Shown: positions 27,241 through 35,934 of the stretch, piece by piece
How positions within the stretch are numbered: the stretch's first letter is position 1
Layout of the letters: each line of letters opens with the position of its first letter
From: a virus
Lineage: Duplodnaviria; Caudoviricetes
DNA length: 64,000 nucleotides
Strand: one strand, 5' to 3'
Virus record (IMG/VR): IMGVR_UViG_3300028586_000002
Span: 1,345 to 65,344 of that record
The notes under the pieces: generated by a model
Seen by the model: the letters and a program-made list of their open reading frames with translations, nothing else
Told to the model about the DNA's origin: nothing
Database searches by the model: none
Made by a program: the position numbers and the translations under genes

Positions 27241-29118
27241 CTCGGTCACGACGATGCCGGCGTCAAGCCTGAACCTGGCACAACCTACACCGTGCGGATC
27301 TACACCGAAGCCGGCACGCTGCGCCGCACGGAAGTCGGGATCATGGCCGATCCGCTCGATGCTTATGGTCGCATGCTGCCGGCGCAATGGGACTATCACT
27401 GGCAACAGGCGATGTCGGACCTGGATGCCGAGGCTGGCCTGGAGACCGGCCGCATCGTACCAGGCAAGATGACCGTGTTCGCCACGCGCGACGGCTTCGA
27501 TTCGTGGCAGGGCTACGAGATCCCGTTCACCGTCGACACGCAGGGTTACTTCCTGAAGGTGGCGCAGGCCGCTCAGATCGCCGCACAGCGCGATAACGTC
27601 GACGAGGGTGCGTATCCACCAGTCGATGCGATTGCGGCCGGCCAGGTGGTGCAGATCGCGGCACAGGGGGCAAAGCCGGAAGACTATGACGACGTGGTGG
27701 CCGCTGACGCGATGTTCGTCGCTGCGATGCACGAGGGTGCCGGCCAGGCGACCAGCTTCTACACCGGCCTGAACCGCAATCTGTTCGAGGCGCCATACGC
27801 GCACCTGCGCCGCGTCGGCATGCCAATCGAGGGCGCGCACCTCATCACCGTCACCGCGCGTCCTGGCGACCGCCTGACGGACTCCCATCGCCTGTGGTCG
27901 CGGTACGACTACCCTGCCGGTATCGGCGCCACGCTGGAATTCGGCGAACGCGCACAGCCGGCGTTCACGCCATGGCTCACCCTGGACGCGCCGCTCGACT
28001 ATCTCGACACCACCGTGACCATCGCCACTTCGTCTTTCTATGATGGCGTTGCGCTGGATCGCGTGTTGCCCGGCCAGGTCGCGCTGCTCGATGCCGAGGT
28101 GGTCATGGTTGTCTCGCGCACGGCGACCGAGTTCGTCATTGCGCGCGGCGTGTACGACACGGTGCCGGCAAAGCATGCAGCGAATGCGCGCGTGTGGTTC
28201 TTCCAGGCTGCGGCCGGCAACGATCCAACCGTGTACCCGATCACCGTCGCGGCCGGCGTGGCCGGATCTGCCGCGCAGGTGAAGCTGGTCCCCGATGTCT
28301 ACGGACCACCGCTCGATCTCGCGCAGGTGCCGACTGATCGCCTGGACATGGCGTTCCGCGTCGAGCGGCCGTACGCGCCGGGCGAGGTGCTGGTCAACGG
28401 TCGACCCTGGTTCAACGGTTCGCAGATCACCGATGGCGTCGACACGCTCATCACCTGGCGCCACCGCAATCGCGACACGCAGGCTGCGCTGGCTGTCGAT
28501 CATCACGGCCCATCGCGCGCACCGGAACCAGGCCAGCGCTATCGCCTGCACATCACGATCACGGTCTATCCGCCAGGCCCGAACGCGCGGCCGTATCCGG
28601 TTGTCGTGCGCAGCGAGATCGTCGACGGCGAATCGTTCAACTACAGCTATGCGATGGCGCAGACAGACGGCTACCGCGCCGGCACGCTGCTCAAGGCATG
28701 CGGTCGTGTCACGGTCGGCCTGGTGCTCGAATCGGTGCGCGGCGAATTCGCCTCGTGGCAGAACTATGTGATCCCGCTGCTGCTCCCATCGTATGCCTGC
28801 CCGCCCGGCACGGCGCCTGGCGGTGGTCAGCTTCCACCGACGAATGGTGGCGGCAACGGGAACACCGGGCCTGACCCGACGAACCCGACGCAGCCACCCG
28901 GCGACAACGAAGGTGACGATCCTGATCCCGGCGATAATGGCGGCGGCGACAACGGCACCGGCCCACCGGCACCGCCGACTGTCCCGCCTGACTGGCCTGA
29001 TCCAATCGAGCCACCGGAGCCGGACCCGGAAGAACCGAATCCCGCACTGGCCGCGCATTGGGATCTGAATTGGGATCGCCATTGGGACGCATACACGAAA
29101 GACAACGAGGGAACGTAA
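26686..29118 (+). CDS. Tail tip protein, two-module paralog B (810 aa) with Pro/Gly-rich tail
   Basis: Co-linear with 24868-26682; ends with PG-rich linker and HWDLNWDRHWD. Confidence 0.8.
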   Translation: MAKSDYIKNGGRGDFSPMSELFTAIDYLDPVIALGRANFPRLDSLRVGMAALVDDEFMEITAILPGGVAVKRGCADTVPARHAALTLIWFVDTGVLGTDRIEYSAGDTTAVKYSPYTIGGGSMNVDESGQIDSVTYNWRMYRPYPPGQLRANGERWWLPFSLTSDKPVMNLTWVHRNRVTQADKLLGHDDAGVKPEPGTTYTVRIYTEAGTLRRTEVGIMADPLDAYGRMLPAQWDYHWQQAMSDLDAEAGLETGRIVPGKMTVFATRDGFDSWQGYEIPFTVDTQGYFLKVAQAAQIAAQRDNVDEGAYPPVDAIAAGQVVQIAAQGAKPEDYDDVVAADAMFVAAMHEGAGQATSFYTGLNRNLFEAPYAHLRRVGMPIEGAHLITVTARPGDRLTDSHRLWSRYDYPAGIGATLEFGERAQPAFTPWLTLDAPLDYLDTTVTIATSSFYDGVALDRVLPGQVALLDAEVVMVVSRTATEFVIARGVYDTVPAKHAANARVWFFQAAAGNDPTVYPITVAAGVAGSAAQVKLVPDVYGPPLDLAQVPTDRLDMAFRVERPYAPGEVLVNGRPWFNGSQITDGVDTLITWRHRNRDTQAALAVDHHGPSRAPEPGQRYRLHITITVYPPGPNARPYPVVVRSEIVDGESFNYSYAMAQTDGYRAGTLLKACGRVTVGLVLESVRGEFASWQNYVIPLLLPSYACPPGTAPGGGQLPPTNGGGNGNTGPDPTNPTQPPGDNEGDDPDPGDNGGGDNGTGPPAPPTVPPDWPDPIEPPEPDPEEPNPALAAHWDLNWDRHWDAYTKDNEGT

Positions 29119-29850
29119 ATGCCACGACTTGAAACAAGCAGGTTGAAATTATCGTACGGCTGGCTGCGCGGCGAAGACTGGTGGGGCGATCCGGTCTCGG
29201 CCAACTTCGTCGCAATCGACATGCTGCTGCATCCGGTGATCCAGTCGCTCACCGAGGTCAACCCGGCCAGTATCAGCGCGCCGGTCGGCAGCATGTACAT
29301 CGTCGGCGCTGGCGGCGCTGGCGCCTGGCTGGATCGCGACGGACAGCTTGCGCTGCGCACCACGACTGGCTGGATCTTCGCGCTGCCGACACGCGGCGTC
29401 CGCGCTCGACTGAACAACCCGGCAAGCTGGATCTGGTACACCGGGACCGAGTGGCTGCGCGAGGGTCAGGACGACAGCACTCCGGTGCCGCTGATTGGCA
29501 CGCGCTACGACATCGCCATGTCTGTCGGTTATGAGCCTGAAGCCGGCGAGACGCTGCTGGTATTCACCATCCCGGAACCGATGACGCTGCCGGCCACCGC
29601 AGCCGGATCGTGGGGGCGCGGCCTGGCTTCGCCGAACGGTATCCTGCGCCTGGCTATCCGAAGGAACGGAAGCGAAATTGGTACAATCACGTTCGCGCAG
29701 AACAGCGTGCGCGCGATCTTCACGGTACAGGGAGACAAGCCTTTCGCTACCGGCGACCTGCTCACAATCCACATGCCCGACAATCCGCCCGCTGGCTTCG
29801 CAAATTACGGCGTGACGCTGCGCCTGATCCTGCCAAATAACGGAGGTTGA
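29119..29850 (+). CDS. Tail fibre-associated protein (DUF2793-like N-terminal domain)
   Basis: YIVGAGGAGAW..RDGQLA.....W.F..P..G motif; Chi-like synteny. Confidence 0.78.
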   Translation: MPRLETSRLKLSYGWLRGEDWWGDPVSANFVAIDMLLHPVIQSLTEVNPASISAPVGSMYIVGAGGAGAWLDRDGQLALRTTTGWIFALPTRGVRARLNNPASWIWYTGTEWLREGQDDSTPVPLIGTRYDIAMSVGYEPEAGETLLVFTIPEPMTLPATAAGSWGRGLASPNGILRLAIRRNGSEIGTITFAQNSVRAIFTVQGDKPFATGDLLTIHMPDNPPAGFANYGVTLRLILPNNGG

Positions 29851-29851
29851 A

Positions 29852-30826
29852 GTGGTACACATTGACGGATTCGAGCAATTCGGCCGAGACCAGGCGCCGA
29901 GCAATGCGCTGACCCGCGCGCAGTACACCGTGGCCGGCGCCTGGTCGGTGGTTGCTGGACGCAATGGCCCGGTGGCCGTGTCCGCTCGTGGCGCATCGCT
30001 GGCGCGCAAGATGCCCTGGTCGACCAACACATGCAGCTTCGGCTTCGCGCACATCTTCGACGACCGTGGTTCTGCGTGTTCCCTGAAGGTGGGCGAGCAG
30101 CAGGTCACGCTTTGGATGAACCCGGACACCGGCCTGCCGCAACTGAACGACCAGGCTGGCGGCGCGCTGCCGACGAAGAATCGCTGGTACTTCTACGAAG
30201 TGCAACTGAACCGCTCGACCGGCGTGCTCACGCTGGCGATCAACAACCGCGTCGACATGACGTATCAGCTTGCGCTGCCGATCACCGCTGAAGAGATCGA
30301 GGTGGGCCTGGGCTACGTGGCGCCGAGCGTGTACCGGCCAGGCGTCGTGCCGGCGCCGGTCGACAACGCGACGAAGACGTTCGACGACTTCTACATGCGC
30401 GACGGCGTGCGTCTCGGACCCATCGTCGTGTCCACGCGATTCCCGACCACGGACCAGCACGTCGAATGGTTCAAGGCTGCTGTCACCGGCTCGCACAACG
30501 AGTCGCTGTCGAAGCTGCCGCCGCAGCCGCTCGACAACTACGTGGCCGCGAACGCCATCGGTGCCGAGGATCGCTTCACGTCGAACAACGCGCTCACCAA
30601 CAACAACCCGGTGCTCACGACTGGCGTGGTCGTGCTGGCCCGCAAGGCACCGACGCTCGATGCGCGGCTCGGCGTGTTTGTCGGCGGCGCGGCAAGTGAG
30701 CGCGAGGCCAGCACCGATGTCGACGGCGAGTGGCGCACGCATTACATCTTCTTCGACGGACGCGCACCGGACACGCCGGCATCCATCCTCGCTTCAGAAT
30801 TCGGCTTTACCGTATCCCCACCATAA
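29852..30826 (+). CDS. Virion/tail protein, HxDGF paralog 1 (lectin-like beta-sandwich)
   Basis: MVHIDGFEQF start; WYFYEV, DDFY, RLGP.V.TRFP. Confidence 0.75.
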   Translation: MVHIDGFEQFGRDQAPSNALTRAQYTVAGAWSVVAGRNGPVAVSARGASLARKMPWSTNTCSFGFAHIFDDRGSACSLKVGEQQVTLWMNPDTGLPQLNDQAGGALPTKNRWYFYEVQLNRSTGVLTLAINNRVDMTYQLALPITAEEIEVGLGYVAPSVYRPGVVPAPVDNATKTFDDFYMRDGVRLGPIVVSTRFPTTDQHVEWFKAAVTGSHNESLSKLPPQPLDNYVAANAIGAEDRFTSNNALTNNNPVLTTGVVVLARKAPTLDARLGVFVGGAASEREASTDVDGEWRTHYIFFDGRAPDTPASILASEFGFTVSPP

Positions 30827-30837
30827 GGAAAATCATC

Positions 30838-32712
30838 ATGCTCAAACACATTGACGGCTTCGACCAGTTCCAGGGTCAGTCGGCGCAAGCGCTGCTCACG
30901 TCACTCCAGGCCGCAGGCTATGCGGTCACGAACGGTCTCGCCATCGCTGCCGGGCGCAAGCCGGATTCGTTCGCGCTGGAGTTGCAGGTGTCGCCTGGCG
31001 CGGCCGGCGCAACATGGTCGAGCCGCACGAACACTGCCCGCTCGAATCTGCGCGCGGTCGCCGCTAATGCGCAGGGCCGCTTCGTCGCAGTCGGGGATGG
31101 CGGCGTCGCGCTGACATCGGTCGACAGTATCTCGTGGGCAGCACTGGTGCTCGGCACGGAACGGAACATGCGCTCGATTGAATGCGTGAACGGCACCTTC
31201 ATTGCGGTGGGCGAGAACGGCACGATCCTGCGCTCGCGTGACGGCCAGGCGTGGACCGCGCGCACATCGCCGCTGCCGACAATGAACATCGCGGACGTGG
31301 CCTGCAATCGCAACGGTCGCTGGCTGGCTGTCGGCGCGAACGGCAATGCCGGCGCAGTCATCGTGTCCGAAGATGACGGCATGACCTGGAACACAGTGGT
31401 TGAAAATCCCGGCGCGCTTGCGAACCTGTGCGTCGAGTACGGCGACTGCTGGCTGGTCGGCGGTGCGCAGGGCCAGGTGCTCACGTCCGACACCGGCCTG
31501 TCGTTCCTGACGCGCACGTTCGGCGCGAACACCGATGTCAACGACATCGCGTTCTACAATGGAACCTGGCTCGCCGTCACTGCGCGCAGTGTGCGCCGGT
31601 CGGTCAACAAGGGCGAGTCGTGGATCGTGGCCGCTGCCGAACTCATGGGTTCCGGCGTACTGAACGCGATCAAGGTGTCGCAGGGCCGGTGGATCGTGGT
31701 CGGCGATCTCGCGGCCATCTTCATGAGCGACGACACGGCGACGTGGACGAAGCCGGCGCTGACTGGCACGACCAATGCGTTCTACGACGTGAACGTGTCC
31801 GAAGGTACGCAAGTCGGTTGGTGCGTTGTCGGCCAGCGCGGCGCGCAGGCTTCGGCGACCGCGACGATCTATGTGTCGATGGCGCCGCCCACCACGATCT
31901 CGCGCACCTTCACTTCCACAAATGCCCGCGTCGTCATCGGCTTCGCTCACCGGGCAACCGCGCGTGGCCGCATCCTGGCTATCGCGAATCTCCTGAACGT
32001 CGACTGGCCGGCCGGCATCGAGATCCTTGGCGTGCGCGGCGCGTCGGTCCCGATCCGCAATGTCTGGTACTACTACGAGATCGAGATCGACAAGACGGCC
32101 GGGAAGATCCGCCTCTACGTCAACGACACCCTGGACATGACCATCGACTTGCCAGCCGGCGCCGCAGCGCTGACGACTTACGCATTGTCCTGGCAGGCCG
32201 AGAATGGGGCCGTGGCGGCGTTTGACGACCTGTACCTGCTCGACGGTGATGCTGCCGGCGGATCGACGCTCACGACGCGCTTGAAGCCTATCAGCGTGCC
32301 ACTGCGCAAGCCAACCGCCGACGTGGACGTGAACTGGATCGGATCTGCGCCTGGTCCGCACTGGCCGCTGGTGGGCCTGCTGCCGCCGTCGTCGGGCAGC
32401 TATGTGCGTTCGGCCGAGTCCGGTGCGCAGGATCTCTATTCGTCGAGCACGCCGCTGCCCGCTGGCGCCGGCACTGTCGATGCGCCGATCCTCGCGGTGG
32501 GCGTCATCGCACTCGCGCAGAAATCCGACTTGGACAATCGCCAGCTTGGCCTGGTGGTCGGCGCGGTCGGCAATCAGAAAGAGGTGATCGACACCACGCT
32601 CTCGACATCGCTGGAGTACAGCTATGGCGTCTTCGAGAAAGCGCCCGGCGACGTGGCCTGGACCGCCGAGAATGTATTATCTACACCGTTCGGCATCGCC
32701 GTTCGCCCATAA
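30838..32712 (+). CDS. Virion/tail protein, HxDGF paralog 2 with inserted beta-propeller
   Basis: MLKHIDGFDQF start; repeated VAVG..G....S.DG..W (Asp-box-like) blades; AAGGA RBS. Confidence 0.8.
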   Translation: MLKHIDGFDQFQGQSAQALLTSLQAAGYAVTNGLAIAAGRKPDSFALELQVSPGAAGATWSSRTNTARSNLRAVAANAQGRFVAVGDGGVALTSVDSISWAALVLGTERNMRSIECVNGTFIAVGENGTILRSRDGQAWTARTSPLPTMNIADVACNRNGRWLAVGANGNAGAVIVSEDDGMTWNTVVENPGALANLCVEYGDCWLVGGAQGQVLTSDTGLSFLTRTFGANTDVNDIAFYNGTWLAVTARSVRRSVNKGESWIVAAAELMGSGVLNAIKVSQGRWIVVGDLAAIFMSDDTATWTKPALTGTTNAFYDVNVSEGTQVGWCVVGQRGAQASATATIYVSMAPPTTISRTFTSTNARVVIGFAHRATARGRILAIANLLNVDWPAGIEILGVRGASVPIRNVWYYYEIEIDKTAGKIRLYVNDTLDMTIDLPAGAAALTTYALSWQAENGAVAAFDDLYLLDGDAAGGSTLTTRLKPISVPLRKPTADVDVNWIGSAPGPHWPLVGLLPPSSGSYVRSAESGAQDLYSSSTPLPAGAGTVDAPILAVGVIALAQKSDLDNRQLGLVVGAVGNQKEVIDTTLSTSLEYSYGVFEKAPGDVAWTAENVLSTPFGIAVRP

Positions 32713-32727
32713 CAAAGGATCACTGAC

Positions 32728-33738
32728 ATGCTCAAACATACTGACGGCTTCGACCACTACGCAGCCAAAACCGAAACCGCTGCCAACATCACCGCGCTCT
32801 TGCAAGCAGCCGGCTACGTTGTGACGAACGCGGCCACCAACACATTCAACATCGCGGACGGACAGGATGCGAACTCGCTCGGCCTGAAGATGACGGTCGG
32901 CGCAGGTGCGGCCACGCCGCCATCCCTGTCACGCGCGATCACCAGCGACGCCGCGCTCGTGGTGTTCGGCTTCTCGTTCCGTGGCACGCAATCGCGCCTG
33001 CGCTTCGCGCGCATTGCCGGCGTCATCGACCTGGATTGGGACACCACCACCGGCAAGATGAAGGTCGGCTCAGTGCTCGGCCAGGACGTGATTATCCTGA
33101 ACGCGTTCTGGTTCATCGAGATCGAGGTCGACAAGACCGCGAACGAAGTGCGCGTGTGGGCGAACGATACGCTCCAACTGACGATCCCGCTGCCGGGCGG
33201 CGTTGGCTCGGTCTACACGATCACCTGGGGCATGACCTCCCCATCGCCGGTTGCCGGTGTGATCGACATCGACGACTTCTATGTTGTCGACAGCAGCGGC
33301 GGTCAGAACAACGAACGCCTCGGCCCGATCCAGGTCATCACGCGCGCACCTACCGCCGACGTGCAGATCGAGTGGACGCCGGTCGGTGCTGCCGGTGCGC
33401 ACTATTCGATCCTCGCGCAACTCTCGCCTGGCGCTGCGTCGGCGCCGTACCTGCAAGCCAACGTCGAGGGCAAGACCGACAAGTTCACCTCGAACGTGGT
33501 GCTGCCGAATGCGAACGAGATCTTCGCCGTATCGCTCGTGTCGTATGCGCGCAAGGGCGACCTGGACAATCGCAAACTCGGCATGACCATTGGCACGGCG
33601 GGCGGCGAAGTCGAGGTGCAGGTTCCGCTCGACACCGCGTACCAGTTCAAGCAGCAGATCTTCGAGCAGGCGCCGGGCGGTCAGGCGTGGACTCGCAATC
33701 TGGTCGAGTCGTCGAACTTCGGCATCATCGCGCGATAA
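32728..33738 (+). CDS. Virion/tail protein, HxDGF paralog 3
   Basis: MLKHTDGFDHY start; FWFIEIEVDK, DDFY, RLGPIQVITRAPTADV. Confidence 0.78.
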   Translation: MLKHTDGFDHYAAKTETAANITALLQAAGYVVTNAATNTFNIADGQDANSLGLKMTVGAGAATPPSLSRAITSDAALVVFGFSFRGTQSRLRFARIAGVIDLDWDTTTGKMKVGSVLGQDVIILNAFWFIEIEVDKTANEVRVWANDTLQLTIPLPGGVGSVYTITWGMTSPSPVAGVIDIDDFYVVDSSGGQNNERLGPIQVITRAPTADVQIEWTPVGAAGAHYSILAQLSPGAASAPYLQANVEGKTDKFTSNVVLPNANEIFAVSLVSYARKGDLDNRKLGMTIGTAGGEVEVQVPLDTAYQFKQQIFEQAPGGQAWTRNLVESSNFGIIAR

Positions 33739-33747
33739 GGGGACGAC

Positions 33748-35925
33748 ATGACCATGATGCACACCGAGTCCTTTATGGGCTTCGACAGGCTGACCGTCGA
33801 CGACGCGAACACTGCGGACAACACGGCGATCCGCAAGGCTGTGGCCGAGAACTTGCGCACTGCCGGATACGACGTGGTGATCGGCGCGTTCGATGCACCG
33901 TGGACTTCCATCGGGTTCGTTATTCGACCAGATCCGGTTGCACCTGATCGTGCGGCGATGGTGTATTCCATTCCACCGTCGGCGGGCAGCTTGTCCAGTA
34001 CGGCGGTCGGCGTACGCAAGGTTCTGCCGGCGCAGGGCAAGGCGGTGATCGGCGGCTTCAGCCTGTACATTCCGCAGGAGTTCGTGGTCGGCACAGCCGC
34101 AACGCCTGTCATGGCGGTGAATGCGACGCCGGCTGGCGTGGCTGCTAACGTGTGGAACGTAGTTGGTGGCGCGCTCGGCGCTCCATCGGCTGTGCAAGTG
34201 TTCGAGATTGGCCTGGATCTGAAGATCCGCATGCGCGGCATCAACCAGTCGGCTCGTGCGTTGACTCCGGGTCGCATGCACTTCCTTGAGTTCCGCATTT
34301 CGGAGGGCGAGGTGCGCGTATGGCTCGATGACGTGCTGGTATTGCAGCACTTGACGCCACTGGTCGCTGAAGCCATTTCGTTTAATTTCCAGACATTGAC
34401 GGCAGCGCAGTACGTGCCGCTTCTCGGACCAGGCGGCCGGTGGGCGATCAGCAATTTCTATACGCTCGCCGAAGACGACCGCGCGCCGAACGTGCGCCTC
34501 GGGCCGACAACCCGCGTGATCGGTGTGCGGCCAAGCAGCGATGTCGATGTCGACTTCCAACGTCCTGCCGGCTTCAACAGCAACGCGCAGATCGCATCGC
34601 AAGGCATTGTCGCGCAGCCGGCGCTGACCCTTCAGGCAATCAACGTGGGCGACCAGGACGTGTATGCCGCTGCCGGCGACATTTCGACACCGAACGCGAA
34701 GCTGGTTCACGGCGTGGCGACGAAGGTGCTGGTGTCGAATCTGGAGGCCATCCCGCACCGTGCGCGTGCGCTGATCCGCTCGGCCAGTGGTGTCGAACGT
34801 GTCGATCCGAAGGCTCGCGAGTTGAAAGTTTTGCCTGGTGTGATTGCTGCCGGCAACCGCGACTTCTGGCACTGCGCGCTGCGGCCAAGCGACAACGCGA
34901 TCTTCATGTGCGGCACCGCTGAAACGCTGTACAAGACGCCACCGAACGGTATTCCAGGCTCGCCGTGGTCGATGGTTGTCGACGGCGGTTCGAGTACCGT
35001 GATCTTCAACACAATCGCTTTCCGCAATAATGGTCTCGGCGTCATTGGCCGCAGCGACGGCAAGATCCAAGTGATCCAGCCCGGCAGCGATACTCCCGGC
35101 CCGGTCATCAATCCCGGCGCTGTGGCGAACACCAACCCTATTGCGGGAGTGCTGGTGACGCCTGATGGCGCGTTCACGATGACCTCTGTCGCGCAGGCTC
35201 GCGTATGGCGTTGCGAAAGTGATCCGAGCGTGCCGGCCAATTGGGTAGCGATCACTGTTCCAGGCATCACCACGTCAATGATCTTCCAGCGGCCGGCGTA
35301 CGCGCCCGCGTCGAACAAGCTGGCTCTCATCACCACTACGGGTCTTCTTCGGATCAGCAGCGATATGGGTAAGACGTATGTCGATCCGGGTATCGCTGCT
35401 CGAACTAGCGTGACAACAAGCCGGGATCAGATGGGGAGCGATGGATCACGCTTGCTGTATGTCGGCGTTTATCCGTCGAGCACCGTGACGGCATCGACGT
35501 ATTCCACGGATGGCGTGACATGGGTTACACCGTCCATCGTCACAAGCGAAGTCGGCACAACGTCGGGTGGCACAGCGTCGCGTATCGTGTTCGGTGCAGG
35601 CGGCGTATTCGGTATTTTCACGGACGCATTCTGGTTCTTGTCGTCAGATCCGTCGCAGGGGTTCCGTCGCTTTGTGGCTCAAGCGCCATTCACCACGGCG
35701 CTGTATCCGCTCGGTGCATGCGTGGCATACAACGGCGACTGGATCTTCGCGTCGATGAAAGGCGCGCAGCTTGCATACACCACGCAGGAATTCGACGCCG
35801 ATCTCGCACCACTGGCCGGCTACAAGCTGGCGTTCAACTCGTCGACCATCAATCCTGATACCGGCGCCGCGTGGACACCTGCCGAAGCGACGCAATCGCA
35901 GTTCGGCGTGCGCGTCACATCGTGA
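33748..35925 (+). CDS. Virion/tail protein, paralog 4 with a C-proximal beta-propeller insertion
   Basis: MMHTESFMGF start; RLGPTTRVIG..P..DV; SSDMGKTY and STDGVTW Asp-box-like motifs. Confidence 0.76.
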   Translation: MTMMHTESFMGFDRLTVDDANTADNTAIRKAVAENLRTAGYDVVIGAFDAPWTSIGFVIRPDPVAPDRAAMVYSIPPSAGSLSSTAVGVRKVLPAQGKAVIGGFSLYIPQEFVVGTAATPVMAVNATPAGVAANVWNVVGGALGAPSAVQVFEIGLDLKIRMRGINQSARALTPGRMHFLEFRISEGEVRVWLDDVLVLQHLTPLVAEAISFNFQTLTAAQYVPLLGPGGRWAISNFYTLAEDDRAPNVRLGPTTRVIGVRPSSDVDVDFQRPAGFNSNAQIASQGIVAQPALTLQAINVGDQDVYAAAGDISTPNAKLVHGVATKVLVSNLEAIPHRARALIRSASGVERVDPKARELKVLPGVIAAGNRDFWHCALRPSDNAIFMCGTAETLYKTPPNGIPGSPWSMVVDGGSSTVIFNTIAFRNNGLGVIGRSDGKIQVIQPGSDTPGPVINPGAVANTNPIAGVLVTPDGAFTMTSVAQARVWRCESDPSVPANWVAITVPGITTSMIFQRPAYAPASNKLALITTTGLLRISSDMGKTYVDPGIAARTSVTTSRDQMGSDGSRLLYVGVYPSSTVTASTYSTDGVTWVTPSIVTSEVGTTSGGTASRIVFGAGGVFGIFTDAFWFLSSDPSQGFRRFVAQAPFTTALYPLGACVAYNGDWIFASMKGAQLAYTTQEFDADLAPLAGYKLAFNSSTINPDTGAAWTPAEATQSQFGVRVTS

Positions 35926-35934
35926 CGGTGAACC

